This document shows positions 28,310-32,000 of a stretch of 32,000 nt of DNA, piece by piece; the first letter of the stretch is position 1, and every line of letters starts with the position of its first letter. A program made the translations under genes and the position numbers. The notes under the pieces were generated by a model that saw nothing but the letters and a program-made list of their open reading frames with translations, did not search any database and was not told the origin of the DNA. Source of the DNA: Bacillus subtilis subsp. subtilis str. 168 (GTDB lineage Bacteria; Bacillota; Bacilli; Bacillales; Bacillaceae); assembly GCF_000009045.1 (NCBI RefSeq), contig NC_000964.3:3600001-3632000 (forward strand). The letters run 5' to 3'.

Positions 28310-30835
28310 CTATTCAGTACGGCCGCAGCAATTTTTATATTTTTTCCCGCTTCCGCAGTGGCATGGGGCATTTCGTCCGATATCAACCACTTTGCGAACC
28401 GGTGCTTTCTTTGCTTTTTTGTTATCGTCGCCTTCTTGCGGCTGATGAGCTGTTGTTTGACCTTGTACAACCTCTTCACGCTCCAGATTGTTTTCAATCT
28501 CAGCTTTCATCACAAATTTTGCGACTTCGTCCTCAATTGATTCAATCATATGCTCAAACATCGCAAAACCTTCCATTTGATACTCACGAAGCGGGTTCGT
28601 CTGCGCGTAAGCACGAAGGTGAATCCCTTGGCGGAGCTGATCCATCGCATCAATATGATCCATCCATTTAGAATCAACGGCACGAAGAACGATAACTTTT
28701 TCGAATTCGCGCATTTGCTCTTTGCCGAATTGCTCTTCCTTCTCATTATATTTTGTGATGATGCGATCCATAATGAGCTCAAGCATTTCATCCGGTTCTT
28801 TGCCGAAGATATCGCTCTTCTCAAGTGCACCTTCATCAAGATAAGTTGTGTTGATAAGATCAACTAGACCGTCAAGCTTCCACTCCTCAGGAAGCTCTTC
28901 TCTTGGCGTATAGGCTGCAATTGCGCGTTCGAGAGAAGACTTGATCATATTTTCAACGATTTCACGCAGGTTTTCAGAGTCAATGACTTCAAAGCGCTGC
29001 TTATAAATGACCTCACGCTGCTGGCGGAGAACATCATCATATTGCAGAAGCTGTTTACGCGAATCGAAGTTATTGCCTTCGACGCGTTTTTGAGACGATT
29101 CAACCGCGCGAGATACCATTTTGCTTTGGATTGGAGTAGAGTCGTCCATGCCGAAGCGGTCAAGCATCGCCATTGTCCGCTCAGCTCCGAATCTGCGCAT
29201 CAATTCATCTTCCATAGAAAGATAAAATTGAGTAATCCCCGGGTCTCCCTGACGTCCGGAACGACCTCGAAGCTGATTGTCAATCCGGCGTGATTCATGT
29301 CGTTCTGTTCCGACTACAGCGAGCCCGCCAAGCTCTTTTACACCTTCGCCAAGCTTAATGTCCGTTCCGCGCCCCGCCATGTTAGTCGCAATCGTAACTG
29401 CGCCTTTTTGGCCGGCCTCTTCAATGATCTGCGCTTCACGTTCATGGTTTTTGGCATTTAACACTTGATGCGGAATTCCTTTGTTTTTAAGCAGCTTAGA
29501 AATCAATTCAGATGTTTCAACGGCAACCGTACCGACTAGAACAGGCTGTCCCGTCATGTAACGCTGTGCGACATCCTCCGCAACTGCCTTAAACTTTCCT
29601 TCCATCGTGCGGTAAATTAAATCCGGGCGGTCATCACGGACAACAGGCCTGTTGGTAGGGATCGTGACAACCTGCATGTTGTAGATGTTGCGGAATTCTT
29701 CTTCCTCTGTCTTAGCTGTACCCGTCATACCGGCAAGTTTTTCGTACATTCGGAAGTAGTTTTGGAACGTAATCGTCGCCAAGGTCATGCTTTCGTTTTG
29801 AATCTCAAGCCCTTCCTTTGCTTCAATCGCTTGGTGAAGCCCCTCACTGTAGCGGCGGCCTTTCATCAGACGTCCCGTGAAGGAATCAACAATAACAACC
29901 TGTCCGTCTTCCACTACATAGTCAACGTCCTTTTGCATCGCAACGTGAGCTTTTAAGGCCTGGTTGATATGGTGGTTGAGCGCGACATGCTTCACATCAA
30001 AGAGGTTATCGATGCCGAATGCTTTTTCCGCCTTCGTCATTCCTTCTTCAGTAAGCTGTACAGCTTTTGTTTTGATATCGTACGTGTAATCCTTCTCCGC
30101 TTTTAACGTGCGGACAAAAGCATTTGCCTGTACGTACAGCTTAGTGGATTTTGCAGCTTGTCCAGAAATGATAAGCGGTGTTCTTGCTTCATCAATTAAA
30201 ATAGAGTCAACTTCATCTATTACCGCAAAATGAAGCGGGCGCTGAACCATCTGCTCTTTATAAAGAACCATATTGTCACGCAAATAGTCGAAGCCAAGCT
30301 CGTTGTTTGTGGAGTAAGTAATATCAGCGGCATAAGCTTCCCGTTTTTCGTCTTTTGACATTGAGTTTAAATTCAAACCGACAGTCAAACCGAGAAACTC
30401 GAAAATTTTCCCCATTTGCTCAGCGTCACGGCTTGCCAAGTATTCGTTGACAGTCACGACGTGTACGCCTTTACCGGTTAACGCATTTAAATAAACAGGC
30501 AGGGTAGACGTTAATGTTTTCCCTTCCCCTGTTTTCATTTCCGCTATATTTCCGTCATGAAGCGCCACGCCCCCCATGAGCTGGACTTTAAACGGAAACA
30601 TGCCTGTTACGCGGCGTGAAGCTTCTCGAACAACAGCGAAAGCTTCAACAAGAAGATCATCCGTTGTCGCCCCTTTTTCAAGACGCTCTTTAAATTCAAT
30701 TGTTTTATGTTTCAATGCGTCGTCAGAGAGATTTTCATAGTCTCCGCGAATCGCATCAATATCGTTAGCAATTTTTTCGTATCTATTCAGCGTACGTTTT
30801 GTTGGATCAAACATTTTATTTAAAATTCCAAGCAT
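28310..30835 (-). CDS. secA: Preprotein translocase ATPase SecA
   Basis: 841 aa. MKTGEGKTL Walker [20 protein letters not shown]-terminal zinc motif [13 protein letters not shown]. Confidence 0.97.
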   Translation of the reverse strand: MLGILNKMFDPTKRTLNRYEKIANDIDAIRGDYENLSDDALKHKTIEFKERLEKGATTDDLLVEAFAVVREASRRVTGMFPFKVQLMGGVALHDGNIAEMKTGEGKTLTSTLPVYLNALTGKGVHVVTVNEYLASRDAEQMGKIFEFLGLTVGLNLNSMSKDEKREAYAADITYSTNNELGFDYLRDNMVLYKEQMVQRPLHFAVIDEVDSILIDEARTPLIISGQAAKSTKLYVQANAFVRTLKAEKDYTYDIKTKAVQLTEEGMTKAEKAFGIDNLFDVKHVALNHHINQALKAHVAMQKDVDYVVEDGQVVIVDSFTGRLMKGRRYSEGLHQAIEAKEGLEIQNESMTLATITFQNYFRMYEKLAGMTGTAKTEEEEFRNIYNMQVVTIPTNRPVVRDDRPDLIYRTMEGKFKAVAEDVAQRYMTGQPVLVGTVAVETSELISKLLKNKGIPHQVLNAKNHEREAQIIEEAGQKGAVTIATNMAGRGTDIKLGEGVKELGGLAVVGTERHESRRIDNQLRGRSGRQGDPGITQFYLSMEDELMRRFGAERTMAMLDRFGMDDSTPIQSKMVSRAVESSQKRVEGNNFDSRKQLLQYDDVLRQQREVIYKQRFEVIDSENLREIVENMIKSSLERAIAAYTPREELPEEWKLDGLVDLINTTYLDEGALEKSDIFGKEPDEMLELIMDRIITKYNEKEEQFGKEQMREFEKVIVLRAVDSKWMDHIDAMDQLRQGIHLRAYAQTNPLREYQMEGFAMFEHMIESIEDEVAKFVMKAEIENNLEREEVVQGQTTAHQPQEGDDNKKAKKAPVRKVVDIGRNAPCHCGSGKKYKNCCGRTE

Positions 30836-30960
30836 TTATAACGCTCCTCTATCATCACACGCCTATTTTAGAGGCATGTATAAATAATTTACTAGTCCAT
30901 GTATACCTCTCATTATCATATCATACCTTTTGTTATTTCCAAAGAATTTGCAAATAAGAA

Positions 30961-30993
30961 AAACAAAAACCTTCCGCGGACATCACGGAAGGC
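30961..30993 (-). terminator. hpf terminator
   Basis: Minus strand: CCTTCCG-tgatgtccg-CGGAAGG followed by TTTTTGTTTTTC. Confidence 0.75.
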
Positions 30994-31002
30994 TTCTCTT
31001 CA

Positions 31003-31572
31003 TTATTCAGTCGGTTCAATTAAGCCATATTTCCCGTCATTTCTGCGGTACACGACATTTGTAAGGTTTGTTTCCGCATTTGTGAAAACAAAGAAATTAT
31101 GGCCGAGCATATTCATTTGCAAGATCGCTTCTTCACTATCCATCGGCTTTAAATTAAAGCGTTTCTGACGGACGATGTCCAAGCTCTCCTCCTCTTCTAT
31201 GTCATCCTGAACCGCAATATCTGTATCAGAGCCAAGACCGTTTGCCAATAAATATTTTGGAGAGCCCTGCTCACGGAATTTACGGTTTACTTTCGTTTTA
31301 TGCTTACGGATTTGACGTTCCAGTTTGTTTGTTGCGAGATCAATTGCGTTGTACATATCCTCGTTATGCACCTCGGACCGAAGCGCCAGATCTGTCATCG
31401 GAATCGTAACCTCAACCTTAGACTCCTTGTCATTGTAAAACTTCAAGTTGACGTTCACATCAGCATCCACGCTATGGTCAAAATAGCGCTCCAGCTTGCC
31501 GATCTTCCTCTCGACATGATCCTTTAACGCGGGTGTCACTTCAATATTTTCTCCTCTGATGTTATAGTTCAT
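31003..31572 (-). CDS. hpf: Long-form ribosome hibernation promoting factor (100S dimerisation)
   Basis: ATG 31572 (GGGAGG 9 nt upstream; track start is the preceding TTG). MNYNIRGENIEVTPALKDHVERKIGKLERYF... S30AE/YfiA N-domain plus a C-terminal dimerisation domain. 189 aa. Confidence 0.92.
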   Translation of the reverse strand: MNYNIRGENIEVTPALKDHVERKIGKLERYFDHSVDADVNVNLKFYNDKESKVEVTIPMTDLALRSEVHNEDMYNAIDLATNKLERQIRKHKTKVNRKFREQGSPKYLLANGLGSDTDIAVQDDIEEEESLDIVRQKRFNLKPMDSEEAILQMNMLGHNFFVFTNAETNLTNVVYRRNDGKYGLIEPTE

Positions 31573-31617
31573 CAAAGAACGCCTCCCTTTTATTAAGGAT
31601 ATGTATCTATTTCTCTT

Positions 31618-31643
31618 TTACCCTTTACAATTCCTGCTGAAAC
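31618..31643 (-). promoter_or_regulatory. sigmaB promoter of hpf (GTTTCA-N14-GGGTAA)
   Basis: Minus strand: GTTTCA (31643-31638), 14-nt spacer, GGGTAA (31623-31618). About 45 nt upstream of the start codon. Confidence 0.7.
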
Positions 31644-31762
31644 ATAAATCTTTTGTGAAAATTCAGTGAACTTTGTCGAATTTTGTTTGTATTTGCTCTG
31701 TTATTGGCGGTTCGGAGGTATATGTATATGCTGATTGAACGAAACAAATACCTCACACACGC

Positions 31763-32000
31763 CTAATTGATTAAAAAGGGTTCCATACATTGATGAATAG
31801 ACAGCATCCATTTTCTATAATGAATCAGAAAATGTTCCTTTAAATACTCACAGAACTCATGAGAGGGAAAAGAGAAAGAGACCAATTGATCAAACTCCGC
31901 AAAAATTTGGTCAAATGCTTTCACACAAATTTCAGCACACCGCGAATCCATAATGAAGAGAAGTGTTGAATGTGTTGAATCCAAATAAAAAAAGGCTTGG
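31763..32000 (-). CDS. 3' part of an ORF that continues beyond the window end; unknown product
   Basis: Track ORF 31763..31984 starts at a TTG, but the frame is open upstream to position 32000. The sequence is Cys/His/Phe/Trp-rich (…SRCAEICVKAFDQIFAEF…HEFCEYLKEHFLIHYRKWMLSIHQCMEPFLIN). I cannot place it in a family. Confidence 0.4.
   Translation of the reverse strand, partial: QAFFYLDSTHSTLLFIMDSRCAEICVKAFDQIFAEFDQLVSFSFPSHEFCEYLKEHFLIHYRKWMLSIHQCMEPFLIN

Overview
No mobile element, CRISPR array, tRNA/rRNA gene or obvious defence island is present in this window. It reads as core chromosome of a Bacillus subtilis 168-lineage laboratory strain, so it is mostly well-studied territory. Gene names come from my memory of that genome and from motifs I could read, since no search was possible.

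Gene order, left to right:
- yvnB (5' part, minus strand, runs off the window start).
- The pulcherrimin locus: yvnA, cypX-yvmC, pchR(yvmB)-yvmA.
- The sigmaW-driven yvlABCD envelope-stress operon, then yvkN.
- A 5'-truncated flagellin remnant (yvzB).
- uvrA-uvrB with a LexA box, then csbA.
- A co-oriented pps(yvkC)-yvkB-yvkA block (phosphotransferase, TetR regulator, MFS pump).
- minJ, then a frameshifted swrA with an A9 tract.
- ctpB, ftsE-ftsX, cccB, yvjA.
- prfB with its +1 programmed frameshift, then secA and hpf.
- A partial ORF at the right edge.

I derived promoters, operators and terminators by eye for many of these genes.

The least-explained pieces, and my best candidates for under-described biology, are:
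1. The yvkC-yvkB-yvkA module. The so-called PEP synthase has the domain order of a small-molecule (rifampicin-type) phosphotransferase. It sits behind a near-consensus sigmaA promoter that carries a perfect 10+10 bp inverted repeat.
2. An orphan plus-strand intrinsic terminator between csbA and pps, with no plus-strand gene to terminate.
3. The PspC / beta-solenoid (Toastrack-like) / holin-like yvlABCD module.
4. The flagellin remnant, which is bracketed by two related terminator hairpins.
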